NCBI GenBank assembly: GCA_024626585.2
Contig: JANKJI020000002.1
Coordinates: 266,744,615 to 266,771,853, forward strand
Direction of reading: 5' to 3'
Source of the DNA: Ginkgo biloba
Lineage: Eukaryota; Plantae; Ginkgophyta
Length of the DNA: 27,239 nt
Shown here in pieces: positions 12,138-23,667 of the stretch; position 1 is the stretch's first letter, and the number at the start of each line of letters is the position of its first letter. The notes beneath the pieces were generated by a model. That model had not been told where the DNA came from, searched no databases, and saw nothing but the letters and a program-made list of their open reading frames with translations. The position numbers and the translations under genes were made by a program.

Positions 12138-12665
12138 ATGTTGTTTAATATTTTGACAAAAACTTGTGAAGTAGGAAGGAAGGATTAGGCATATAAGATG
12201 CATGCTATTTTGTGAGCATTTAGAACCACATATAAGTAGGCAATAGGTCAAACACCATTCTAGTTGGTTTATGGACAAGAATTTATATTACCAATTGAAT
12301 TCTAAGTGCCAAGTATGAGGGTATAAATTTAGGCAAAATGGGATGATAAACAATCTCTAAAGGAGAGATTAATGAAGTTGATTGAATTGAAAAGAAAGAG
12401 GGCAATCACTCTTTGGAACTAGGACGTTATGCAAAAATGAATGAAAAAGATTCATGATCAAAAGATTAAAGGAATGAAGCTTCATCTAGGTGATTTGGTA
12501 CTATTGTATGATAGTAAATACAAGAACATGAAAGGAAAGCTAAAAATAAGATGGCTAGGACCTTATGTTCTAGATAAGATGAATGATAAAAGGTTTGGAA
12601 AATTGTCAACTTTAACTACTAAACTTGATTCATATCAAGTAAATGGTGCTCAATTAAATTTTTTT
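12138..12665 (+). pseudogene. pol: Ty3/gypsy (Athila/Tat-type) integrase C-terminal remnant with GPY/F motif
   Basis: One reading frame with 9 internal stops: ILTKTCEVGRKD*AYKMHAIL*AFRTTYK*AIGQTPF*LVYGQEFILPIEF*VPS...ERLMKLIEL...MKKIHDQKIK...GDLVLLYDSKY...GKLKIRWLGPY...VNGAQL. It matches the KDW..L..ALWAYRT.YK...G.TPF.LVYG, GDLVLLY, GKL..RW.GPY and VNG.RLK motifs. No chromodomain follows. Confidence 0.92.
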
Positions 12666-13393
12666 AGAGATTCAAGATACGATCAAGAAATTTTTGTAAA
12701 TATGTATCATAATATATGTAAGAAATGGAAAAAATGAGTTAAGTTCACTGACTCACAAAAAATATTACAAAATATCTATTCCCAAGAAATGACTAAGTCA
12801 CATAAGTATGTTAAAGTCACATATGATACTTTAAGTTGAGATATCTTATCATTGTGAGGAATGGATAAGTCACGGGAAAAAACAAAGAAATTGGGGAAGT
12901 TGATGAATGCTGCACTTAGAGGGTTTTTGTGACAAAGAGAAGATGGATGATTTTGTGTAAGTGTCGAAAAGGCACAAAGGTTACCATACTCTCAAGATTG
13001 TGATAATCACAAAGAATAATAAGTCTAGATCATGGGTAAAATTTGTGATGCTGTAAACTCTAGTGGAAACAAATTCACAAGAAAAAACAATATTCACAAT
13101 AAATACACTAAAAAGGGGAAATATTGCGATAAGTCGTGAAAAGCGCAAAGTGTTGTGACAAAGGAAGGACCGATCACAAGGAATAAAGGTCGGATCGAGT
13201 TTTGCAGAGAAACACACAGTTGCAAGAAAATGCAAAGTTTCAAGAAGTTCAAAAAAATGACTAAGTGTTGGTCATTGAGTGAAGTGGGAAGACCTTGCAG
13301 AAAGGATCGCAAGGATTTGCTTGATTTGCGAGAAAAAACAAGAATCGTAAGATAAGTCAGAAATTTATAAGTTGTAAAAGTGTTGCGACAAAT

Positions 13394-13800
13394 ATCGCAA
13401 AGAAATGACAACTCAAAGACAGAGACAAGGTCTCACAAATGTGGTGAAGTGTGACGACTCTGTCAAACACTGTGGTTTATTTCGTGAAAGATTGCATATT
13501 GCAAGGAAATGATCACTTAGGAGAAAATGATAGTCTCACAAAGTTGGTGAAGTGTGGCAACTTTGTCAAATGCCACGATTCATTTCGCAAAAGATTGCAA
13601 ATCGCAAAGAAATGATTACTCGAAGAAAGTGACAAGGTCTCACAAACTTGGTAAAGTGCAACGACTTTGTTAAAGACCGCAATTAATTTCGTAAAGGGTT
13701 ATAGATCATAAGAAAATGATAACTTAGAGACAATAAAAAGGTTTTAGAAACTTGGTAAAGTGAGGTGATTTTGTCAATAATCATTATTCATTCTCACAAA
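13394..13800. repeat. ~104-bp tandem repeat (about 4 units) downstream of the integrase
   Basis: The anchor gtctcacaaa.ttggt(g/a)aagtg occurs at 13430, 13533, 13637 and, degenerate, at 13741 (spacing 103, 104, 104). Confidence 0.9.
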
Positions 13801-14249
13801 GTTACAAATTGCTCTAAATTATTAGAGTCATTGATTAAAGGCGGTGGTGTAAAGTGTTGTGCCAATTACAATGTCACAAAAAAATGCAAGAATTTAAAAA
13901 TGTATGTAAAGGTTTGTGATGATATCAAGGCAGGTGTAAAGGAAAGTGAGTGGGAACATAATTTAAAAAAATAACATTAATGACAAAGTGTATGGAGTTA
14001 ATGGATGTTATGATGCGTAAATCAATTATAAAAGAAACATTCACAAAGCGATAGTATGAATACTGAAAGTTCTACTAAGGTGACTGAAGTGATTAAGGTG
14101 ATCACTAGGAGAATGTTATATATTGGTTGAATTCTGAAAAAATTTCTATAATTTTTTTGTGTAAGGAAAAACTTACAATTTTTTCTTTAGATCAAGTGTA
14201 AAAAGTGTTAAGAGAAAGAAGGCAATATGTTATAAATTCACTTTAAATA

Positions 14250-14990
14250 ATGGATCTATTCAAGAATGTAGTTTTCAATGATGTTATTCCTAAGGAATGG
14301 GATATTTACCACAAAACAAATATAAAAGTGGTCATGGGGCACAAATTGAACAAGAATGAAGATAAATTCAAGGAATATACTATGAGGTATCATATTCATG
14401 AAGTTCTAACTATTCCAAAGTTGGTTCATAATATAGCTTTGGTTAAAGAGTTGATATATGCCATGAACATGAGTGATATTAAATTAGGTGGTAAATACTC
14501 AAGGTTGGATGGAAATTTGATCCAAGATTTGTTCAGTATTTTGAATGAAGGACAAAAAATAAACCTAGACTTGGAGAAAAAATGGTTCAATTTGAAGAGA
14601 AATACAAACATTGAGGAAGTGATATAGGAAGTATGAAATAAATTAGTGTGACAACGCCATAACCTCCACGTGAGAGAAAAATAGAGAGCACGTAGCTATG
14701 CGGCACCATCGACATGCAAAATGGTAACTGCCATACTAAAAGTCAATCTCAGGCTGAATCAAAGTCTGTCTTTAGATGCCATGGGAAGGAGTTGATTGTT
14801 GTGATCCTTTCATATGAAGAAGCATGTGACAATTATAATGCAGCCAAGAGTGAAGCATACTGCAAACTTGGGAGGCATCACAATCATAATTCAAAGAACA
14901 CAATTAAAGCAACAATTATTTTAGGGAAAACAAAAAAAATCCTGCTGCCAAAAGCAGTCCAAAGTGCAACATCTATTTTCACGAAGGAAT
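14250..14990 (+). pseudogene. Extra retroelement ORF downstream of pol (Athila-type additional or env-like ORF); open for 125 aa, then disrupted
   Basis: ORF 14250..14627 includes HNIALVKELIYAMNMSDIKLGGKYSRLDGNLIQDLFSILNEG, resembling the LVREFYAN...VxVxGxxxxxDxxxIxxxxxxPxEG pattern of plant gypsy extra ORFs. It is on the same strand as the integrase in gap-free sequence. Fragment 14714..14992 may continue it. Confidence 0.45.
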
Positions 14991-15086
14991 AGCAGTGTTG
15001 GTATCTGACTGAGTAGTTTCTAGCAAGTTTGCACTCTATTAGATACAATGCTGAAAGTGACAATATGTTTAGAACTTTCAGTATTT

Positions 15087-15700
15087 AGAAAGGTGGGAAA
15101 GATATACTCATGATAGCTTTGACATTATTGTGGACTGTATAGTATAGGCTATAATTTTTACATAATGTATTAGTGATGTAGTAAAAAGGTGTGTGAAGAA
15201 TATTCACCAAGCGAATATTTCATTGTTGTATGAGAGGCAAATGTCAAAGGAGAATATATTAGGATATAGAGTTTGTATTATAAAAACCCCATCTTCTTTG
15301 CTGAAGATGGTGAGAGCCAAGATATTGTAAGGACTTGTAGTAATAGAGTGACTTGAATCTGCAAGACACTGTCTCTGTAATGTATTGTGATTAATGAAGC
15401 TAATGCAATGGTAGCTATTGTGTAGTGTCAGTGAATGATGTGGTAATTCAAGTGTTGTTATTCAAGTATATGTGTGATATTGTTGTCATTCTTTGAATGC
15501 TCACTATTATACTATTATGGAAATGTTTTAATGTTTTCAATGGAGGGACTTTCAAGATTATAATAATAGTATGTATGTATTTCTAATAAATAAAGAACTT
15601 AATACTCATAACATTCAAGTTGTTCAAATTGTTAAGTATTTTGTTCTTACATTAGTATAGTTAGGGTTAGGATGTATAAATATGTTTCGTTACACAATAA
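15087..15700 (+). mobile_element. Possible polypurine tract and decayed 3' LTR of the gypsy element starting at 12137
   Basis: Purine tract agaaaggtgggaaaga (15087-15102) followed by tatactcatg (possible TG to TA decay), a TATAAAAA box at ~15278 and AATAAA at ~15585. No partner LTR is in the window, and the right end is approximate. Confidence 0.35.
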
Positions 15701-17482
15701 TAAATTATTTAAGTAATATATGGATGTATGAAATTCTAAATGCATAACAATGTGACATATTCAATAAAGTTTGGTTTTGAGCACATCCATGAATTAATAT
15801 AGAGGGGCATGAGGATGCATATATGAGAAACTATGTAAAAAGGTTTATATTTTCACTACAATGCTTAAATTAAATAAATGAAATATCCTTATAGTATAAA
15901 GGTCTATTTGTAATGTACTCTCTAATTTTTTAAATTTAGAGAAATCCTTTCCTTCAAAATGCTACATTCAAAGTCTTAGATAAGATAAGAAATTCAACTA
16001 GAATAATATTCTTAGCACAAATAAGAAATTTGATTACACTTAATTTGTTAATAACTTTATCATTCTTGTATGGTATTTTTTTCCTTAAATAAATATTGTA
16101 TATCATATAAATATCAAGTAACCATTTTCTCTTTAAAGAAAAAGGAGTGCCTATGATATCAGGAATCCTAGAATTTAACAAATAAGTGTGGAAATCATGA
16201 TCAACAATGATGTGTTTGGAAAAAAAAAAAATTAAGAGCATTCCTCTTCATCTTATAAGGGCATTAACCAAACTTTATTTATAAATCAATGCATTAAAAA
16301 TTTTCTAAGTACATACATAAATATGCAAAAAGCATGTGGAATTGGAAGGGAACAAGGAAAGGGAAAATATACCCTACGTATCTAGAGACATAACCTATAA
16401 GGAATTTATGCATATTAAAAATAACATCATCATAACACACATCCATCAATATTANNNNNNNNNNNNNNNNNNNNNNNNNNNNNNNNNNNNNNNNNNNNNN
16501 NNNNNNNNNNNNNNNNNNNNNNNNNNNNNNNNNNNNNNNNNNNNNNNNNNNNNNNNNNNNNNNNNNNNNNNNNAATGGATATTATAGAAATTCACTTAGG
16601 GTTGAGAGAAAACTCTACTCTATACCATTTATTACTAGTGTGGGCCAAGAAGGATAGTATACATACATCATCAATAAAAAACTTTCCACTTAGCCTTTGA
16701 TCACCATATGTTGTTAATTTATTATATGATGGAAACATACTCTCAATGGATGTTTAAGAATAAAAACATGAATAGAGACATCATAAAAATATGTAAATAC
16801 ATATACCTAAGGTAAATTCTCTCTCATGGAACCTTGTTTATGTATGCAATTAAGAAGGAAATAATTCAAGAGTTATTATTCTACATAGGAAAATGATGTC
16901 AAGGCTTATAATTTAGTTAACAAATAACTAAGATATGAAGTTTCATGGATAGTACAATAATTAGTTTGTCTCTTAAAATATATATTTTAACCTATCTATA
17001 TAATGAAATATAAGAAGGTAAGTTCATCAATATAGGTGTAAAGAATGTATACTAGTAATATCCTCACATAAGACAAATATAATTTGGTTTCTTATTTGTA
17101 ATATTCAAAGAGTCATTCAAAGACATTAGTAAGTAAATTTTGATAGAATAAGAAGATGAGACCTATATATAGTTAAACATAGATAATATTCAAGGATGAT
17201 TCCATGTACTCAATGGTGTATCCTCTTTGCCATGAATTCAACNNNNNNNNNNNNNNNNNNNNNNNNNNNNNNNNNNNNNNNNNNNNNNNNNNNNNGGAAA
17301 TATAGATAGACCAATATTGAAGTTCCTCATGATGGAAATAATAATCGTATAAATCAATAAAGTGAAAAAATTGAGTATTTTTTCTTAATCGTACCAAAGA
17401 GAATTATATAATGAACCTTGAGGGTTTCACTAATCACATTCACCATAGATCTTATAACTTCATTAAAAATAATAGAAGTACC

Positions 17483-17775
17483 ATGCACCATATAATAATA
17501 AATACATATCTTAAAAACCAAAGAGATCATAATTTAATTCTTATAAGATCATAAGGGAGTCACATGAGTCNNNNNNNNNNNNNNNNNNNNNNNNNNNNNN
17601 NNNNNTTCAAAGTCTCTAATTATTATATAAATGAGGCTTAAGTGCCCTTATATATACTCAAAATGGGCCTTCATATCATAAATCTTACCCTAACATCTTT
17701 ATGGTTAACCTTACACATAGGAAATAACTTATTTCTATATATTTATTATAATCAACCATAATCACATATATTAGA
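17483..17775. repeat. Dispersed ~295-bp repeat, copy 1 (probable LTR fragment)
   Basis: Colinear direct match to 24479-24775, e.g. catctttatggttaaccttacaca versus catctttgtggttaaccttacaca. The 35-N gap corresponds to about 35 bp in the other copy. The minus strand carries TATA-like tatatataaggg. Confidence 0.8.
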
Positions 17776-20489
17776 GAAAAATTTATAAGTTATTTATATC
17801 TCAATTACTATATTTTGATCGATTTTCAAAAAAATAAATTTTCCCATATTAAAAGTTTCACCAAAACTTTAGATTTTTTTAAACATAATAAAAGATCTTA
17901 CTATATTCAACATATTTGATATAGTTTAAAGGGAAAACCCATATTTAGTTACAAAAAATTATTTTGTCATATATATTATACATTTTATACATTAGATAAA
18001 TTAACAAAATGGATATATTTATATAAAATAATTGACTTGTTAAAGTTTTCCCCAATATACATAGTTTGGGGACTTAATATGCCATCTTATCTTAATATGT
18101 TTCATCCTTGAAGCATGGGACTCCATTTTCCATTCAATATTCAACATATGTAATCCTACTTCTTAGGGTCTACGAGTTTTCTCATCAGGTCATTACATTC
18201 CACCCTTTCTTGAGATGCTTTGCCCTCAAAGAATCAATTTACATATTATTTTGTCCTCTTTATTCTTTGATTGGTTTCTTCCATCCCAAGTCCTTTAGAG
18301 GATTTATTCTCTTTTTTAAATTTAACCAATGTTTTAAATATGTTAATTTAAAATCTTATCATTTGACTTCTTTATAGTAAGGATTTCTATATGGTTCCAC
18401 TTGCTTAGATCTTAGTTCCTCTTCTCTAGTGGTTGATGCACTCTATGAAAATCTTAAGTTTATTCATTATTTTTTCCTATATTTAGTAATGACATTAGAT
18501 ATTGCATTGGTCTTATGTCATTTCATTTTTGGTCTCCTCTTAATATGATTTGACATGTATCTTTTTTCCATTTATTAAATACCTTGTTGTTAGAAGAACT
18601 TCAATAGAAATCTATGCTGTCATATATTTGCTTCTAAATTTTGCATAAATGGTATCTTATTTGATCATTTTTTATTATTACTTGAATGTTTTACATATAT
18701 ATTATTCATCATCTATTATGCATTTCTCCCTCTTCTTTATGTTCTTTATGTACAACATCTACTTCATCATCGTCATCATCATTTTATTTTTCTTCTCCTT
18801 ATTCTTCTTCATTTATTTTTTCTTCTTGTTGTTCTTTTTTTTATTTTCTTTTTTCATTTACTTTATGAATATATTTCTTTATTTCCCATAAATTATCATC
18901 TACTTCATCACATTTCTTAATGCATTTTTCCATATTTTCTATTATATCTCTTATTGAATTTGGATTTAAAGTTCAATGACTACACTTACACTTTCAATAT
19001 GAGCTCAAAGGCCTATGTTTGGAATTTATTGCATAGTCCTTAAGTAAAAAAATTGGAATTTTTTTATACAATAATTGATTATACTAATATGAAAAAATAA
19101 CCTAGAATTTTTTACATCGTATTTTATCTTAAGCCCTACAATTAGGCCTCAAATATNNNNNNNNNNNNNNNNNNNNNNNNNNNNNNNNNNNNNNNNNNNN
19201 NNNNNNNNNNNNNNNNNNNNNNNNNNNNNNNNNNNNNNNNNNNNNNNNNNNNNNNNAACCCAAATCATTTGAAGTTCTATGGGGGCTTCCAAATATAAAT
19301 GAGGTCATATTTTTGTTGTCATTTTGACCATGTAGAACTAAACTTTTTTACTATATAAATTTCTTTATAAATACCTAAAAAATAGGCAAAAATATATGTA
19401 TCTTCTTTGTACATTGGTAGAAACCCTAAAATTGAACCCAACACTTTTTTCTCTCTTGGGAGGATTTTGGGCTCATATGGAAGCCAATTTAGATGCTTAT
19501 TGTATGATTATAGATACAAAAAAAATTATATTTCTAAATTTACAATAATTCTATAGAAAACCATAATTTTTATGCTGTAAATTTTGTAACTACAATTGCC
19601 TCCTTAAAATGGCCTCAAAACCATAAATAAATTTAGGTTGAGATTTCAAGGTCATAAAGAATTANNNNNNNNNNNNNNNNNNNNNNNNNNNNNNNNNNNN
19701 NNNNNNNNNNNNNNNNNNNNNNNNNNNNNNNNNNNNNNNNNNNNNNNNNNTTTTATTGAAACTTCCACATTTTACAAATGGCCTTCAAAATGGCATAAAA
19801 AGAGCTATTCTTTTGGTCAAATTCAAATGCATATTTTGGAAGCTTCCAGACACATAAATAGCTTGTTTTTTTTAAATATATATATCTACTTAATATTTTT
19901 AAATATCTTAAAAGAATCATAAAATTTGAATGTTTAGAATTAAGTTTTTTATAGATTTGAGTTTCACCTCGATATGAACTAGGAAAATGGATCTAATACC
20001 ATATATGATGAACCTTTAGGGTTTTACTAATCACATTAACCATAAATCACATAGTTTTATGGATTAATGAGCCAAGGAGGAGCTCAAGGACTTAGTGATT
20101 TGGGTTGGATATAATGAAGAAGGATTACTATCAACTTTAATCTTCATGGTGGTAGGAGTTGATAAATTTCATAAATAATCCACCTTATAAGGTGCCCATC
20201 ATATTTGTTTTAGGTTTCATGAATGATTCAAGTGATAATAATAAGAAATCAATGAGAACATTTAGTCAATTTAACAATAAGATAATTGGATGGCTAGTGT
20301 AANNNNNNNNNNNNNNNNNNNNNNNNNNNNNNNNNNNNNNNNNNNNNNNNNNNNNNNNNNNNNNNNNNNNNNNNNNNNNNNNNNNNNNNNNNNNNNNNNN
20401 NNTCATAGCCCCCATAAGCTTGACTCCATGGGACCAAACACTAGCCCTCCAATGGTTAAAATGGCACATCATTCCATATCCATGGGTAT

Positions 20490-20733
20490 CTTTTCTCCCT
20501 AGTTGGGTCAGGGAGTTATCCATAGTAGGTCCATGGAGTCATCTCCCTCTCCCTTAGTTTACTTCCTCCCTTATTTGATTAGGGAGTCCTCTCCATCTCC
20601 CTTAGTCTAATTTCTCCTTAGTTTAGTCAAGTAAATATCACATCCAGGACAAGGGTGTGCTCCCTCTCCCTTGATCAAATTTCTCCTTGTGTTGTCTAGA
20701 GAGCTATCTCATCTGTGAAAAGGGTGTACCTCC
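20490..20733. repeat. Degenerate ~70-bp pyrimidine-rich tandem repeat
   Basis: The unit aggg(a/t)gt..ctcc.tctccctt...a.ttctcc.t... occurs at 20581-20650 and 20651-20719, with partial units at 20533-20580, 20490-20532 and from 20720. Confidence 0.7.
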
Positions 20734-20797
20734 ATTACCGACCAAGGGACACCATCGAACAAGGGAGTAAGGAACAAGATACTTTAAACTTTAAGAA

Positions 20798-20896
20798 TTT
20801 AAAGTTAAAAAATTTAAGTTATATGAGTTAAGTTAATCATAAAAGTATCTTCTATAATTGACTTAAATCATATAACTTAAAATTTTAAACTTAAAA
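20798..20896. repeat. Inverted repeat (hairpin) with 48-bp arms and a 3-nt loop
   Basis: 20798-20845 versus the reverse complement of 20849-20896: 41 of 48 positions identical, ungapped; loop tat. Confidence 0.9.
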
Positions 20897-21274
20897 GATA
20901 AAGGAATATCCCCATTCCATAATGAATGGAGATAAAAATGAGATTTTTTTAGAGGTGAGTACGAAGTTTTATCTCAGAAAGCTCCAAAATTCCATCCTCA
21001 ATAAGAAAAATACTATGATTTTTTACTATAACTATTTTCATCATAACTTTTGAACAACAACTCCATTTTTTATGATCTTAGTCTCATTTTAAATCTTGTA
21101 GAAAATTATACAACTCTTTCCTTATGGACCTTTAGCTAAAACTGAATATATTTTTCTCAAATATTAATTACAAGTTGGATTTTCTTTAAAATTTGATAAA
21201 AATAGTTTTTGGATTCAAAAATGGATCACTCATNNNNNNNNNNNNNNNNNNNNNNNNNNNNNNNNNNNNNNNNN

Positions 21275-22393
21275 TCACTTTGAGGCATTCACCTTATTTT
21301 TCTATCATGCTTATATTTTGATTTTTCCCCTTCCTCAATTTCTTGAAGTATCTCTAATAGACTCTAAATCTCCTCTTTAAGTTGATCATCCCTTCCTATC
21401 TAATATGTCATAATATGGACCTATGTTAGATTTTATATAATCCACTCCCTTTTTTCCCTTAATTTGACATTATATGTCTTCCCCATTCTTTTATGTGATC
21501 TTTCAGATCCTTGATAATTCTAACCCATTTGAGAGATGGGGATGTCTCCTCCTTATAGTTCTCTACCAGCTCCTTCCACTTTACATATATAATCTTGAGA
21601 AACTCCTTGTCTTTTAGATATGCTATATTCCACTTGAAGGGAACATTTTTGGAGTGTAACCATGAATTGTCAGTTATTGCTTAGAGCATGAAATTATTTG
21701 ATATTTTTGCAATGATTATGAAAACATAATAATATTTTAAAACCTTCTCCTAGAGATGGGTTCACACAAAATATGTCTAATATTTTGTTTGACTTCATCT
21801 TTCCCTATCCTTTTATTACTCTAGGTGAATTGCAATGGCCCTTTCCAACTACCCTCTTCATATGAGATAAAATCCTTTAGGTCTATGAATATTTCTCTTT
21901 CTAACTTCTGGATTTCTCAGTAGATCCCCCTTTTTTATCTAAAAGATTTTCTACACAATTAAAATCTCAAACCACTATTACCTTTTCCTTGTAAAGATTA
22001 TTCCTGGCTATAATATAACCTATCTAGAGCCAAAACTAGATTATTTCTTTGGGTTCATTAGGTGTATATACTACTATTAGAATCCATTAAGTCTTAGTTT
22101 CTTTAAAATGAATGATAAGGCATCTCCTATTATAGTCCTTATAAATGGTAGATGTTATTCTATGACCATTCTAGAAGATCATGATCCTTAGAGAAGTTAT
22201 TGTTGAACAAGAATCTTCCCAAGAACTTTTTGGGCAAACACACTTTACTACCTTTTTAGCCTCTACATNNNNNNNNNNNNNNNNNNNNNNNNNNNNNNNN
22301 NNNNNNNNNNNNNNNTATTTCTATTCATTCTCTACACCTATTACCACGTAACCCTCTCACATTCCATAAGAGAAATTTAGTACTCCATTGCAT
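21275..22393 (-). pseudogene. L1-clade LINE ORF2 remnant: APE-type endonuclease domain and following linker
   Basis: Minus strand from the ATG at 22393: MQWSTKFLLWNVRGL...[47-N gap where LQETK is expected]...WILIVVYTPN...VIVV*DFN...DKKGG...FT*SNKR...LDIF...PFKWN. These correspond to the canonical WNVRGL, VYAPN, GDFN, FTWSN, LDRF and PFKF motifs. Multiple stops and frameshifts; ends at a gap before the RT domain. Confidence 0.9.
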
Positions 22394-22670
22394 ATCTACT
22401 TGCATCATGAGACAGGATTTGAGTTACTCAAACCTCTTATTCTAGATATACCTCTTCTACCATCATTCCCCATCATTAGTCAATGTGGGTGAGTAGGCCT
22501 CTCTTTGGATCCTATCATCATTTTACCTTTTTAGTCTACTTGTAGCTAGTTAGGAATTTCTTAACCATGCTTATCTTCTTCAATTTTTGAATAATGTGCT
22601 AATGCATCAAATCTATTTTTTCTTGAAAAACTCCCTTTCTCTACCTCATTGGATCCTCCCTTAGCCGACG
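22394..22670 (-). pseudogene. L1 ORF1 C-terminal remnant, truncated at ~22670
   Basis: Directly upstream of ORF2. Translates as AKGGSNEVEKGSFSRKNRFDALAHYSKIEEDK, with the NRFxAL motif common at the end of plant L1 ORF1. Confidence 0.55.
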
Positions 22671-23667
22671 TGATGGATCTATGAGGTTATATAGGATTTA
22701 TGTAAGAATTCATACATTTTTATAGATTGCAACTTGTATATTTTAAAACTAGATATCAAGACCATTTTGGTGATATGTCATTTTAAAAAATAGAGTCTAT
22801 ATACAAAATTTATGGCATGTGGAAGCTAGCCTATGAAACTATCATCATGACATTTTTCATTGCATGAGAAAATGCACTGTGTAAAAAATTGCACTGTCAT
22901 AAAGTCGATGAATAGGAAATATAATGAAGTTGTTCTGATGGAAATTATTCTTTGAAAGGAAGCACCAACAAGGGATATTTTCCATCTCAATATGGAATAA
23001 ATTTAAGTAAGTTATCAATAATAAGTTTTATCCAACTATGTATATGCATGAGCATCAAATCTAGTGGAAATATCTTAGGAAAAAATTAGTCCAAAGTATT
23101 AAGGTATATACCAAGCGACATAACCAATTTAACATTAAGTGGAAAGTAGTTGATGAGGAAGACTAGTTGGTCTTAAAATTTATAGGTGGAATGCACACAC
23201 ATATATATAAATATTTAAATTTTTTGACATCTAAACTCTTAATGAGGCCTATCATAAGTTCAATATTGTTGAAGTAAAAGGAAAGTTAAGAGCTCCATCC
23301 ACTTATTCAAAATCACAAAAGAAACAGAATCCTCCCAAAACTTCACTAGAATTTTGGCAAGGAAAAGATAATAATAAGACCATTGGAGTGACACAACAAG
23401 GCCCTGAGCACAAAAAAGGTAAATGAGAAATACCTTATTACGAGGAATGCCAACAGGTTGGTCACTCTAAAGAGAATTGTTAGAAATTTCATCTTGAAAA
23501 GAAACCCACAAACATGCATGCACATGATCAAGAGAAGGAGAAAGAAATTATAGCTCTTGAGACATCCNNNNNNNNNNNNNNNNNNNNNNNNNNNNNNNNN
23601 NNNNNNNNNNNNNNNNNNNNNNNNNNNNNNNNNNNNNNNNNNNNNNNNNNNNNNNNNNNNNNNNNNN

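Noticed and set aside
13394-13800. CRISPR-like interpretation of regularly spaced repeats (also 5429-6050 and 8687-8763)
   Set aside because: Eukaryotic TE context; units are similar along their whole length or are only hexamers, with no unique spacers and no cas genes.
16730-16960. Possible Copia integrase relic (KNMNRDII..., NDVKAYNL)
   Set aside because: Only two short degenerate motif echoes; not supportable.
18649-18891. Phe-rich 80-aa ORF resembling a membrane protein
   Set aside because: Antisense of GAA/AAA-rich low-complexity sequence.
19010-19870. Weak direct and inverted similarities (ggcctcaaa, gcttccaaa) suggesting DNA-transposon subterminal repeats
   Set aside because: Short, interrupted by gaps, with no TIR or transposase.
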